From positions 67,503 to 131,502 of the forward strand of contig DASSKE010000004.1 in NCBI GenBank assembly GCA_035690865.1: DNA of 64,000 bases, read 5' to 3'. The translations under genes and the position numbers were made by a program. This document shows positions 1 through 10,518 of the stretch, piece by piece (positions within the stretch are counted from its first letter, which is position 1; each line of letters starts with the position of its first letter). This DNA comes from Candidatus Saccharimonadales bacterium. GTDB lineage: Bacteria > Patescibacteriota > Saccharimonadia > Saccharimonadales > UBA4665. The notes below the pieces were generated by a model. The model did not search any database and was not told the DNA's origin. It saw nothing but the letters and a program-made list of their open reading frames with translations.

Positions 1-964
<964 letters not shown>

Positions 965-965
<1 letters not shown>

Positions 966-1480
966 TGGCCCACCCCTTTGAGCCTACAGGCCGCCGATTT
1001 GTAGCCTCCGAAGAGGTCGTGCCCGGCCCTGCGTTGCAGGGAGGTTCAATGCTGTCTGAGTTGTGGGGTGTGTATAAGGCACTTTTGCCGGAAGAATCGT
1101 TGGGTAAGTCGGTGCTAGGCACCCGTCCTGATATGGTGAATCCCGGTTCTTTTACGAGCCTTGCAAATCTTGCTGAGTCCACTGCGGGGTATGACGATGA
1201 TGGCCGTGTCGTGAACATTAGTCGTGGCACACGGCAGGTACGGGCAGTAGCTGATGGCTTGCGTCCCTTTCTTGGTGTTGTGACCGAGGGCGAGTTATCC
1301 GATAGCTCACTTGCGCCAACGTTGCCGTCGGGCGCCTTTCGTTTGATTCTCGTTGACGAGGCACACCGCCCCGGGGAAAGCCCCCGCTACCAAGGGATCC
1401 ACGATATCCAGGGCGGCCAGAGTAATTTTCGCCTGGCAAGTTTAGATTCACGGCCCGAAGTAGGTCCAGATTGTGAGTAA
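965..1480 (+). CDS. Hypothetical 171-aa ORF exactly filling the atpD-atpC gap (coding status uncertain)
   Basis: The ATG overlaps the atpD stop (TAATG). GAGG at 954-957 lies 7 nt upstream. The stop at 1478-1480 overlaps or abuts the atpC start. Codon first positions are G-rich. No recognisable family, and Gly/Pro/Ser/Arg-rich composition. Confidence 0.4.
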
Positions 1481-1919
1481 AGATATGATGGAATTAGAAT
1501 TAGTATCACTTGACGGCGTTAAGTTTAAGGCGCAAGCCTACTCTATTGTGTTGCCAACAGCCAGCGGCGAAATTACTATTTTGCCTGGCCATGAGCCGCT
1601 TTTGAGTTTGCTGGTACCTGGTGTTATTACGATCCGCAAAAAAAAGGATGACCCAGACTACCATTTAGAGCACTACGCAACCTTTGGCGGTGTACTGGAG
1701 ATTCGCCCTGATGTAACGCGCGTATTGGTTGACGAAGCCACGCATGGCGACGAAGTAAACGAGTCCGAAGCACAAAAAGCCCACGACAAAGCGGTTGAAA
1801 TGCGTAAGGCCGCCAAGAACCAGGTTGAGCTCGAAAAAGCCCAGTCATTGGTTGACCGCCAGCGCGTTCGCCTGCAGGTGGCTGGCTTGCGCCGCAAACA
1901 CCGCGACCACCGTTCTTAA
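1473..1919 (+). CDS. atpC: F1Fo ATP synthase subunit epsilon
   Basis: MELELVSLDGVKF...ITILPGHEPLLSLL gives the N-terminal beta-sandwich signature, followed by a C-terminal helical hairpin. The position after atpD fits. The start may be GTG 1473 or ATG 1485/1488. Confidence 0.9.
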   Translation: MSKDMMELELVSLDGVKFKAQAYSIVLPTASGEITILPGHEPLLSLLVPGVITIRKKKDDPDYHLEHYATFGGVLEIRPDVTRVLVDEATHGDEVNESEAQKAHDKAVEMRKAAKNQVELEKAQSLVDRQRVRLQVAGLRRKHRDHRS

Positions 1920-2755
1920 GCGATATCTTTGACTACATGCAGCTGGAGCTTTGGAGTCCCAGCTGGTTTGGGCAACGCGAGCGCTGTTAATGCGCCATGG
2001 CGTACGGCCGATACTTGCACAAAACTTTCGGTGCCTATTTTACCCAGGTAAGTGTTCATTCTTTGATTGATTAATTCAAATTGACCAATGCCAATGCCAT
2101 AGGCTGGCTGTCCGTCGTTCCACGAACGCCGGCTATCCAGCAAATGATGCGGCGTTTGATTAACGACTACGTCGGGCGCTTCGTGGTCTGCCTCGGTAAG
2201 CGCTACACGTTTGGGCGGAACAAATAAATAGTGTGAGGCTTTGGTCATGCCGCCTTTGGCGTCATCTTCAAAAAGGTCGGCTTCTGCTATGCTATGACTA
2301 ACAATACCCTCAGTTGCTCGCCGTTGAGCACGCAAGGCAGGCATAAAACGGGTGTAATACCCCTTGTCGTCAGACATGCCGGCGTAGCCAGGGTCGATCT
2401 GTTTTGTATCAGCAAAAATCACTTCCTCGTTAGCCGTATTATGCAATATGTCGCTAATCGGTTCGGCTAATTCAAACGAAGCGCATTGTTCGTGAAACAC
2501 CATTTCTAGCCCTTGTTGGCGGCAGGCACCGATGGCCATGCCAGCCAAGACGTGGGTTTCGATACCGAGCCTGGTAAAACTGCCAGGCTTTTGTAGTTCC
2601 ATGGCGGCCGTACGGTCAATAGTTGCTCCATGTGCACCGCCGGCAATTTGGAGCCAGGGCCGCTCCCACGGCCGGTCGTCCATACATCCAACGACAAGGT
2701 TCCGTGAAGGTATGGGGGCGTAGAGTTCAGATTGTGAATATGGTGCGTGTGTCAT
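1916..2755 (-). CDS. Hypothetical protein with CxDxR...HxxC motif (distant paralog of 2886..3758)
   Basis: 279-aa ORF with motifs VVGCMDDRP, IAGGAHG and FHEQCASF. Shares ordered motifs with the divergently transcribed neighbour. Confidence 0.6.
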   Translation of the reverse strand: MTHAPYSQSELYAPIPSRNLVVGCMDDRPWERPWLQIAGGAHGATIDRTAAMELQKPGSFTRLGIETHVLAGMAIGACRQQGLEMVFHEQCASFELAEPISDILHNTANEEVIFADTKQIDPGYAGMSDDKGYYTRFMPALRAQRRATEGIVSHSIAEADLFEDDAKGGMTKASHYLFVPPKRVALTEADHEAPDVVVNQTPHHLLDSRRSWNDGQPAYGIGIGQFELINQRMNTYLGKIGTESFVQVSAVRHGALTALALPKPAGTPKLQLHVVKDIA

Positions 2756-2885
2756 ATGCAGAGGCCATTTATATCATCAAATTTGCAGTATAGCACTTTT
2801 ATGCAAAAATAGTGTAGGTATCTTTCGCAACATCGCAGAATGCGGTATGATAACGCTCTAGACATGTTTGGGATAAGGAGAGAAG

Positions 2886-3758
2886 ATGACTTTGCAGTAT
2901 ACAAAAATCGCTGATGGGTTAGGTTTTGGCGATGGCGCGATATCAGGTGCATATCTGGCGGATGGCAGCGTTCAGCAACTCGAAGCGCTCTTGAATAGTG
3001 ATGATCTGCTGGTGCCGGTTGTGGCGCCCGCCGGTAAGCCAATGGATGATGGCTGTGGCGACGGCCGCCCGGTGACGGTGGTGCCCGCCACTGGACTACG
3101 CCAGCGGCCAAAGGTATTTGGCGGCGGTGCATGTATGGCTGTAGCGGCCATGATTGCCACCGGGCAGGCTGCAAGCCAAGCACTCCCCACTCTTTTTGAT
3201 AGAGCCATCCAAACGTTACAAGAAGCTGGCTTGTTCTTTGGCGGTCATACCGATGACGCTGCTGAAGCTCCCATGAGCGGTTGCGGCGCTATTGACCAAG
3301 CCCCACATATAATTGCAGCCTGCGTTGCCTACCGCCAGCAGATCACCCACTCGCTCGAGGCCTTAGGGGTGGACCTTACTGACATCGACGATGTATTTAC
3401 TGCCTTTGAGAAGTATCTTAAGGCCCTAACGCAAACAGAAGAGGCTTACAGTGGTCGCCAGATAATTGACATGCTCCGCCAACGAGGGGCTGAAGTTCGT
3501 CAACTTACCGGCAGGCACGCAGAGGGCTGTATTATCCTTAACACTGTCGCTGATATGGCCGTTAACCAGTCGGCTGTTCGCACTATGGACGAACAGGGCG
3601 TGCAGGCATTTACGGTGGATGTTTGGCGGCTCGACGTGTTGGCATCAGCCTTTGCTGATACGCACAAGGCATTGCTTGGCGAACTTATTTACACTCTAGG
3701 CACGGCAGCTGTTCTTACCAAGGGCGACCTTCCTGTATATGTAGTGTCTGCAGCGTAA
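2886..3758 (+). CDS. Hypothetical protein (distant paralog of 1916..2755)
   Basis: 290-aa ORF preceded by a strong SD (AAGGAGAG) 5 nt upstream. Motifs DDGCGDGRP, VFGGGAC and GGHTDD...SGCGAID appear in the same order as in the neighbour. Confidence 0.65.
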   Translation: MTLQYTKIADGLGFGDGAISGAYLADGSVQQLEALLNSDDLLVPVVAPAGKPMDDGCGDGRPVTVVPATGLRQRPKVFGGGACMAVAAMIATGQAASQALPTLFDRAIQTLQEAGLFFGGHTDDAAEAPMSGCGAIDQAPHIIAACVAYRQQITHSLEALGVDLTDIDDVFTAFEKYLKALTQTEEAYSGRQIIDMLRQRGAEVRQLTGRHAEGCIILNTVADMAVNQSAVRTMDEQGVQAFTVDVWRLDVLASAFADTHKALLGELIYTLGTAAVLTKGDLPVYVVSAA

Positions 3759-3836
3759 CCGCAGCACAATGTGAGACTTTACAACAGTTGCAACATACAG
3801 TACATTAAAGGTAATAAGTAAATATACGGAGGGTAT

Positions 3837-4490
3837 ATGTTCGGAAGAAAAAAAATCGCCATGGTTGTGGCGGAGTTTTTGGGGACCGGCGTTCTTACAC
3901 TTGTCGTTTTGGGCGTAAGTAAGTCAACAATTGGTATTCCATACTTTATCGCTATCGCAGCTGGTTTGGCTGTAGCTGCTATGACGCTCGCTTTAGGAAG
4001 TGTGTCAGGTGCACACCTTAACCCAGCTATCACACTTGGTCTTTGGACTACTCGTAAGGTAAAAACGCTACCTACTATTGTGTACATTGCCGCACAGCTT
4101 CTGGGCGCTTTTGCTGCCTACTGGTTGTACACGTACTTTATCGGCCAAACCTGGGCAAACACCTCGGGTGCCTTCCAGGGCCGTGTATTGGCCGGTGAAG
4201 TTGCCGGTACCTTTATCTTTAGTATGGCGTGGGCTGCCGCAGCTTACCAAAAGCTTTCTATCGGCCAGGCTGCTGCTGTTATCGGTATGGGGCTAACATT
4301 GGGTATTATCGCTGTAGCTGCTGCTTCTGGCGGTCTATTGAACCCAGCACTAGCGCTCGGTACCCGCATGTGGGTTTGGAGCACATACGTGCTTGGCCCA
4401 GTTCTTGGTGCGGTTATTGGCTTTAACCTCTATGCCCTGCTTTTTGCACCGGCATCCGGGCTACTCGAAGGCAGTAAAAAGAAGAAATAG
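3837..4490 (+). CDS. MIP-family channel (aquaporin/glycerol facilitator)
   Basis: Two NPA boxes (HLNPAITLG and LLNPALALG), six predicted TM segments and a typical 217-aa length. SD GGAGGG upstream. Confidence 0.93.
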   Translation: MFGRKKIAMVVAEFLGTGVLTLVVLGVSKSTIGIPYFIAIAAGLAVAAMTLALGSVSGAHLNPAITLGLWTTRKVKTLPTIVYIAAQLLGAFAAYWLYTYFIGQTWANTSGAFQGRVLAGEVAGTFIFSMAWAAAAYQKLSIGQAAAVIGMGLTLGIIAVAAASGGLLNPALALGTRMWVWSTYVLGPVLGAVIGFNLYALLFAPASGLLEGSKKKK

Positions 4491-4513
4491 TCAACAATGT
4501 AGAAAAAACGAAG

Positions 4514-4549
4514 GACCCCGATCAGCATTCCTGCAGCGGGGTCTTTTTG
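4514..4549 (+). terminator. Rho-independent terminator after the aquaporin gene
   Basis: GACCCCG ... CGGGGTC stem followed by TTTTTG. The loop is rather long (16 nt). Confidence 0.6.
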
Positions 4550-4569
4550 TTACCCCAAAGGTGAATAGA

Positions 4570-5070
4570 ATGGACGATGCAGAATTTAGGAACGTAATGG
4601 AGGGGGCGGGCTTTATGGAATCAGGACCGACCGACGACCCGCACGCGCGTGCCACAGGTTATCTTTCGAACTTTATCCTAGCGTGTATCAAAGACGACCT
4701 TGAGCAGCAGCGCGATGTGTACAACGAGATAATTGACGCCACTATGGGGGATAATGAGGTTGCCTATCAAGCGGTAGAGCTTTTTAGCGAGAGCACTATT
4801 AATAAGGCGCGCATTGTTGCAGCGGTAGTTATTAAGTATCGGCTATTGCAGGCGCCTACTATGGAGACATGGGATATGTATCGCCAAACCTTGATGATGC
4901 TTACCGAGGACTACGATCCTAATGTAGCTCTAAAAGCGGCTCAAGCTCGCCAGCAGTGGCGCAAGGCGGCTCTTGAGACGGCTACAAGCTCAGCTGATCG
5001 GGAGCAGATTCTTGTAGCAGGAACGCTTCAAACGCCGTCATTCCTGCCAGACTGGGTGCAAACGCGCTGA
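4570..5070 (+). CDS. Hypothetical protein
   Basis: In-frame ATG (MDDAEFRNVMEG...) downstream of the terminator. The longer ORF from 4393 would overlap the aquaporin gene and cross its terminator. The 3' end overlaps the convergent helicase gene by 89 nt. Confidence 0.5.
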   Translation: MDDAEFRNVMEGAGFMESGPTDDPHARATGYLSNFILACIKDDLEQQRDVYNEIIDATMGDNEVAYQAVELFSESTINKARIVAAVVIKYRLLQAPTMETWDMYRQTLMMLTEDYDPNVALKAAQARQQWRKAALETATSSADREQILVAGTLQTPSFLPDWVQTR

Positions 5071-8000
5071 TATCAGGCAGATCGAGGGCCTGTATGCGTC
5101 GCCACATACATTGTACGAGCTGGTGAATCGTACGCTCGGTATCGGCGTCAAATGTAAGATGCAGTTCATGAATGGCGCCTTCGTCGTCAGGCACAATAAA
5201 CTCCAGATAGGCGTCGGTTACCCGGTAATCTTTAAAGCGGCTTGAGCGCTCAACAAGCGTTTTATACAGATATAGTTGCTGGCGGTATTTGTGCAGTTGG
5301 CTGGTGGCCGCCCAACGTTGGTGACTGTGGCCGGTCTTATAATCTACAATCGTGATAGTTCGTTCTTGTTTGTTGATGATAAGCTTGTCGATTTTACCCG
5401 TAAGATGGGCCTCACCAATAAATATGCCGTCATTTCTAAAGTCGGACTCACAGAGGTCGTCGGCGTGAATAGTGTGCGCTCTTTGCTGCAAATACGCTCG
5501 CAAGCTGTGTTTGCCTTTGTCGATGAGCTGCATAGTATCGCGACGACTGAGACGCTTTAAGAGCATTTGCCGCTCAAAAAATGCCAGGACTGCTTCTTCG
5601 GAGGGGATGCTTCCCTCTTTTTTGTTCTGAACATGTATCCATTCCATAGTTTCGTGCATGGCATTTCCGAACTGCCCTTCTTTGGTGGGACTTTGCGGGA
5701 ATCGCAGAATCGTCTGTAAAAAGAATTGCTGCGGCCCGCCGTGCTCAATGTCTATAAAAGCATTGAGATGTGTCGGGCTGAGCTGATAGGTGCTGAGCCG
5801 ATTGTGCAAAAGATCTTTGGCTTGCGGGAGTTGTGATGAGGCAATGTGGCGCTGTTGCCAAAAAGCCTCTAAACTGGTTTCTTCGGCGGCGGCTATTGGC
5901 CCCTCTTCGGCTGGCAAGACCACTTGGGTGGCTGGTGGCAAGAGCGGACTCAGGACCTGTCCGTCTTGATCGACTTCGTTAAGATACTGCAGACGCGTGG
6001 TATGCTTGCCGGCATAGGTGGATTGGTAGCTTACCAGGTACAATTTGGTTTTGGCTCGCGTGAGCGCCACATAAAACAAACGGAGGCGTTCATCATTGGT
6101 GGCGCCAGCGTAACGGATGTGTGCAAGGTTTGGCGGTAGTGGCAAGCGGCTACTCTGACTGGCGGTGCGCCCGCCCCAGGCTTCGTCAGTAGTAGCCAGC
6201 ACAAACACGGCATCAAACTCCATGCCTTTTGCTTTGTAAGCAGTCATAAGTTGCACGGCATCATCGCCATTTTGGTACGGGCTGGTATTTTGGATTTTAA
6301 TATTCGCGGCACGGTGCGCTTCTACAAAAGCAATAAAATCAGATAGATGCAACGTGTCAGCCGTTTCAGGAATATGGTGCCGCAACCGCGTACGCAGAAC
6401 GGTCAGGTTACTCAATGTGTTCCAAAAACTGCCCAGCGAAGCGACGGGGCTTTTGGACTGTTCAAAATAGTAGGCCCTAAGCGGACAGCGGTAAGGCTCC
6501 TGGCCAGGCTCCTGCAGATCGAGTGGCGTCGTGCCAATAAGGTAGTCCAGCACGGTTTCCATTGTCTCAGTTTTGGCCAGCATGCTGAGGCGCATAAAAA
6601 ACAATGCAATCGGCCGCAGCTGCTCGTGTTCAAGTAGAATATCGCTCCACTCTGTGCGTTGGCTACTTGCCTGCCAGCTGACTTTCCAGATGAGTGAGGT
6701 AGGTAACTGCCAAAACGGAAAGCTCAGTACCTCGCTCCATAATTGGTTGCTCCCGGGGTCTTTGGCGGCCAACCGCAGGCAAAGCGAACTCATGGTAATC
6801 AGCTGGGCCACGGCCGGATCGTCGAGTACATTCTCGCGTTTGTCGTAATGTACAGCAATGCCGGCTTGCTGTAGATACGGTACGAGCGGCTCCAGATATT
6901 TGTGCTGTGGTGCCAACACGGCAATCTCGTGCGCCGGCGTTCCAGCAGCGATAAGTGTCGTAATTTGGTGCGCAGTCCAGGCATAATGGCCCATGTCGCT
7001 TTGCGCATGGTGTCGCTCAATGGTGGCAGTGGCGGGCAATTTTTTATTGCATGCCTCCAGCGTTTTTTCTATTTGTGGAAAATGGTGGTGGAGTCGTTCT
7101 TCGATTTGCTCGGCAATGCCCCGCGCAGTGTGGAGTACATCGGCGTGCGAGCGATAGTTTTTGGTAAGCGCCACCGGCAGCACATCGCGATATAGCTTTT
7201 GGAACTTGAGCATATGTGAGTAATCAGCACCTTGAAAAGCGTAAATGGCTTGGTCGTCATCGCCTACGGCAAGCACGTTGGGGCGCCCTTCGAGTATGGG
7301 GTTGTCGGTAAGCAGCTCAACGAGCCGCAGCTGAGCACCGTTGGTGTCCTGGAATTCATCGAGCAGAATATACTGATATTGTTCTTGCAAGGTAAAGCGC
7401 AGGTCATCGTTTTGCTGCAGGGCGGTAATGGCTCGCAGAATCATGTCGTCGTAGTCAAACAGCTGTCGTTGCTCTAGGCTTTGCAAATACGACTCATATA
7501 TGTCTGCGCAGGCTAGCAAGCGCTGGTTTGTCCGCACGCCATCGAGCGTAAATGTGCCGCTCGTATCTTTAACGAGCCAGGTGTTTTTCCATTTGGTGAG
7601 CGGCGTGGTTTTGCCGGTTTCTTCTACCTGGCTTAGTGCTTCGTTAAGCTGCGTATGTGCCATGACAATCAGCGGTGTGATCTCCTGGGAGTCACCCTGC
7701 TTGGTAAGCGAGCGTAAATCATGAGCCAGCGCCTCAAAGAGGGGGACACTTTTGGCGCCCATGCGCGTAAAATTGCCAAGATGCTCGGCAATAAGAGGTT
7801 TTACGGCTTCTATGCTGGCCAGGTTGAGGTGAGCTATGCGCCGTACATCGTCAGGAGTGAGCAAGGCGCGCTTAGCGTCGCTAATAAAGGTGATGACATC
7901 GCGCAAGTAACTGTCGGCAAACTTGAGCGGATTACCATAGGGCAAGTCACCAATGATGTTGCGAAGCGTTGCGTCTATACCCAGGTCGTCAATGGGCTGG

Positions 8001-8338
8001 AGATCACCGCCTTGTCCGGCAAAATAGTCCGGAAAGCGCTTAATAAGATCGCTACCAAAAGCGTGATAGGTGCTGATGGTAATTTTGTAGGCCGCCTGCC
8101 CGATCATATTGCTGAGGCGCTGGCGCATATTCTGTGCCGCAGAGTCGGTAAAAGTAAGACACAGAATATTTTCTGGCAACGTGTCGGTAGTGCTCAAAAT
8201 ATAGGCGATGCGTGTGCTGAGCAGCTGTGTTTTGCCCGTTCCTGGCCCGGCAATAACCAGTACAGGACCATCAATAGCCGTTACGGCCTGCCGCTGCGCA
8301 TCATTTAAACTAGCAAGTGCCGATTCGTACGTTCCCAT
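4982..8338 (-). CDS. UvrD/PcrA-type SF1 helicase fused to a C-terminal RecB-family (PD-(D/E)xK) nuclease (AddA-like)
   Basis: Helicase motifs: AGPGTGKT (motif I), LLDEFQDTN (II), VGDDDQAIYAFQGA (III), KAKGMEFDAVFV and YVALTRAK (VI). The C-terminus carries GKIDKL...TIVDYKTG, the RecB nuclease signature. Confidence 0.9.
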   Translation of the reverse strand: MGTYESALASLNDAQRQAVTAIDGPVLVIAGPGTGKTQLLSTRIAYILSTTDTLPENILCLTFTDSAAQNMRQRLSNMIGQAAYKITISTYHAFGSDLIKRFPDYFAGQGGDLQPIDDLGIDATLRNIIGDLPYGNPLKFADSYLRDVITFISDAKRALLTPDDVRRIAHLNLASIEAVKPLIAEHLGNFTRMGAKSVPLFEALAHDLRSLTKQGDSQEITPLIVMAHTQLNEALSQVEETGKTTPLTKWKNTWLVKDTSGTFTLDGVRTNQRLLACADIYESYLQSLEQRQLFDYDDMILRAITALQQNDDLRFTLQEQYQYILLDEFQDTNGAQLRLVELLTDNPILEGRPNVLAVGDDDQAIYAFQGADYSHMLKFQKLYRDVLPVALTKNYRSHADVLHTARGIAEQIEERLHHHFPQIEKTLEACNKKLPATATIERHHAQSDMGHYAWTAHQITTLIAAGTPAHEIAVLAPQHKYLEPLVPYLQQAGIAVHYDKRENVLDDPAVAQLITMSSLCLRLAAKDPGSNQLWSEVLSFPFWQLPTSLIWKVSWQASSQRTEWSDILLEHEQLRPIALFFMRLSMLAKTETMETVLDYLIGTTPLDLQEPGQEPYRCPLRAYYFEQSKSPVASLGSFWNTLSNLTVLRTRLRHHIPETADTLHLSDFIAFVEAHRAANIKIQNTSPYQNGDDAVQLMTAYKAKGMEFDAVFVLATTDEAWGGRTASQSSRLPLPPNLAHIRYAGATNDERLRLFYVALTRAKTKLYLVSYQSTYAGKHTTRLQYLNEVDQDGQVLSPLLPPATQVVLPAEEGPIAAAEETSLEAFWQQRHIASSQLPQAKDLLHNRLSTYQLSPTHLNAFIDIEHGGPQQFFLQTILRFPQSPTKEGQFGNAMHETMEWIHVQNKKEGSIPSEEAVLAFFERQMLLKRLSRRDTMQLIDKGKHSLRAYLQQRAHTIHADDLCESDFRNDGIFIGEAHLTGKIDKLIINKQERTITIVDYKTGHSHQRWAATSQLHKYRQQLYLYKTLVERSSRFKDYRVTDAYLEFIVPDDEGAIHELHLTFDADTERTIHQLVQCMWRRIQALDLPDISAFAPSLAGMTAFEAFLLQESAPDQLSL

Positions 8339-8407
8339 TTATTACAGTATAGCACTTGAGGCGACGGTGTTGCCAAAAACGCAATAAAGTTGTAAAATAT
8401 ATACTTT

Positions 8408-9241
8408 ATGAGTACACAACAAGCACAATGGGTGCCAATGTCAGAACTTGGCGCACAGACCCCATCTGTCACCTGGAGACTTAACGAGTATCTCTCGGAA
8501 TATACGCCGACTGATAATCTCTTGGTGAACCCAGACCGCCTAAGCCGTTTGGCGATGTGGGGTAGTTTTAAGCCGAATGTTGTGGTAACTGGCGAAGCGG
8601 CTCCGGAGGCGGCTGACGAGAGCGACCGGCCTACCAAAGACCACGATACTCCCTCAGTAAACGGGATTAATGCCGATGGCTCGGCTATTGCCGGCCTGAG
8701 CCTTAACCGCCGCAAACAGCCCGAGCTTGGACGCGCTGCACTTACCGGCCGTATCGATAAAGATGGCGACGTCATTGATCCACAGAGCGATGCACTGAGC
8801 TGTCGCCGCGTAGATTTGGCACTGCACCTTGATGTGCCAGCTATTGAAGCAACACTCACCGAGCAGCGCAGTTTACGCGACCCGGGTGCCTGGGCAGCGG
8901 CGCTCGATACTACCTTGCGCCGGCAAACGGTGGAAGCAACCAAAGAGCATCTTATGGGAGGGGCGATCACCAAGTTCATGCTTGGCGCACCACGCGCGGG
9001 CCTTATGGCATGGGCGCTAGTACTTAGCGAGAAGTTTGATACGCCGCTTGGTTGGCAGTATGCTGCCCTGGAGAGCTTGCCCATCCTTGCTGGCATCGCC
9101 AAAAAGACCAGCGATATGAAGCGCAATGGTTTGCACAGTTCTGATAAGTGTTATTCACTCTTTTGGCCGCAAATTGATCGTATTCCGGCAACGGCGCTGT
9201 TGGCCCGCCTGCCAATGAGCCGCATCGTAAAACCAGCCTAA
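8408..9241 (+). CDS. Hypothetical protein
   Basis: 277-aa ORF with balanced composition. The antisense 273-aa ORF is Ser/Ala/Arg/Cys-rich and looks like a shadow ORF. Confidence 0.55.
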   Translation: MSTQQAQWVPMSELGAQTPSVTWRLNEYLSEYTPTDNLLVNPDRLSRLAMWGSFKPNVVVTGEAAPEAADESDRPTKDHDTPSVNGINADGSAIAGLSLNRRKQPELGRAALTGRIDKDGDVIDPQSDALSCRRVDLALHLDVPAIEATLTEQRSLRDPGAWAAALDTTLRRQTVEATKEHLMGGAITKFMLGAPRAGLMAWALVLSEKFDTPLGWQYAALESLPILAGIAKKTSDMKRNGLHSSDKCYSLFWPQIDRIPATALLARLPMSRIVKPA

Positions 9242-9245
9242 GTAG

Positions 9246-10430
9246 TTAGTTGTCGCAAGTTTTGCAATCTTCTTCGTGGCCGAACTCGGTCATCCATTGT
9301 TGGCTGGCCTTCCACCAAGGCTGAAAATCGTGAAAGCCGACCCAGTCGGCAGCTTGGCGTAAGAACCAACCCACAACGCCCGAAAAGGTCATTTTGCCCC
9401 ACTCCACTGCTGCCCAACCATGGCCTACCGGAATAACGGTAATCGGCTTTTTGGGCTGGTATGCAACTGGCGTGTGGCCAGCATGGCGCTTGGCGATGTC
9501 GTTGGCCACAAACACGGCATCATGGAGTGCTGTTTGAGCCTGGCCACTGAACTGTGTATTAGCATTGTCGCCAATAACATATACATTTTCGCTGCTGCGC
9601 AGGAATTCATCCACATCTACTTTACCGCGTTCGACAATAGTAAAATTGTTGTGCGAAAAGAACGGATTATTGGCAGTGCCTGCCGTCCAAATAACCGTCT
9701 GGCTTTTAATTTCTTTACCGTTAACCATTAAGGCGTCGCTGCTCTGCCCTTCTACTTTTTGGTCAAGACGTAGCTCGACGCCAAGTTTTTGGAGCCGTTT
9801 TTGAACTGCGCTCGAGATATTCTGAGGCGAGTGCGGTAACAGGCGCGGCGCAGCTTCTATGATAGTCACTTTTGGCTGGCGGTCTTCTATGCCGTGGTTG
9901 CGCATAATCTTGGTAAGATATGCGGGCAATGCTCCGGCCAGCTCAATTCCGGTGGGGCCGGCGCCGACAATAATATAATTGAGGTCGGCCTTACGGTCGT
10001 TTTCCATTTGGCCATGCAAGTGGTTTTTGAACTCGCGTATTTGCTCGATAGATTTAATGCCGTACGAGAATTCTTCAAGGCCCTCAATACCAAAATAGTT
10101 TGTAACAACGCCAAGCGCCAAAATGACAATATCATAGCTGTAGGTTTCACCTTCTTCGGTCGTAACAGTGCGCGCCTTTTGGTCTATCTTTTTGGCGGTG
10201 CCCGTGGCTAGCCGCACGCGTTTTTCTGGCAGAATGTTGTGCAGCGGAATGCTTGATTGGGCATACAGCCCCCCTGTTGCGGTATGAAACAGCGTGGGAT
10301 AATATCGAAATGAAGTCCGGTCGGATAGGAGTGTTATTTCAAAGTCTTTGTGTTTGGCCAGCTCCAGCGCTGCTTTGATGCCGCCAAAGCCGCCGCCTAC
10401 AACGAGGATGTGTTTTTTTGATGTGCTCAT
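9246..10430 (-). CDS. ndh: Type II NADH dehydrogenase (NDH-2), FAD-dependent pyridine nucleotide-disulfide oxidoreductase
   Basis: ILVVGGGFGGIKAA and IIVGAGPTGIELAG dinucleotide-binding folds, plus YVIGDNA. Start chosen at MSTSKKHILVVGGG, the second Met of the ORF. Confidence 0.88.
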   Translation of the reverse strand: MSTSKKHILVVGGGFGGIKAALELAKHKDFEITLLSDRTSFRYYPTLFHTATGGLYAQSSIPLHNILPEKRVRLATGTAKKIDQKARTVTTEEGETYSYDIVILALGVVTNYFGIEGLEEFSYGIKSIEQIREFKNHLHGQMENDRKADLNYIIVGAGPTGIELAGALPAYLTKIMRNHGIEDRQPKVTIIEAAPRLLPHSPQNISSAVQKRLQKLGVELRLDQKVEGQSSDALMVNGKEIKSQTVIWTAGTANNPFFSHNNFTIVERGKVDVDEFLRSSENVYVIGDNANTQFSGQAQTALHDAVFVANDIAKRHAGHTPVAYQPKKPITVIPVGHGWAAVEWGKMTFSGVVGWFLRQAADWVGFHDFQPWWKASQQWMTEFGHEEDCKTCDN

Positions 10431-10436
10431 GGCCTG

Positions 10437-10466
10437 ATTATAGCGCGGCCTGGGCCTTAGGTGCAA
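10437..10466 (-). promoter_or_regulatory. Candidate sigma70-type promoter for ndh giving a leaderless transcript
   Basis: On the minus strand: TTGCAC (10466-10461), an 18-nt spacer, TATAAT (10442-10437), 6 nt, then ATG (10430). No SD. Confidence 0.45.
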
Positions 10467-10518
10467 AGCTCTTGTGCTAAGACTTGTGGGATTATCGCAT
10501 TCCCGTTAAGCTTATACT

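Noticed and set aside
4393-4569. N-terminal extension of the 4393..5070 ORF.
   Set aside because: It would overlap the aquaporin 3' end and read through its terminator hairpin. The in-frame ATG at 4570 is more plausible.
8305-9126. 273-aa minus-strand ORF antisense to 8408..9241.
   Set aside because: It has Ser/Ala/Arg/Cys-rich low-complexity composition and overlaps the helicase start region. It is a typical shadow ORF of a GC-balanced coding region, and the + strand ORF has more protein-like composition.
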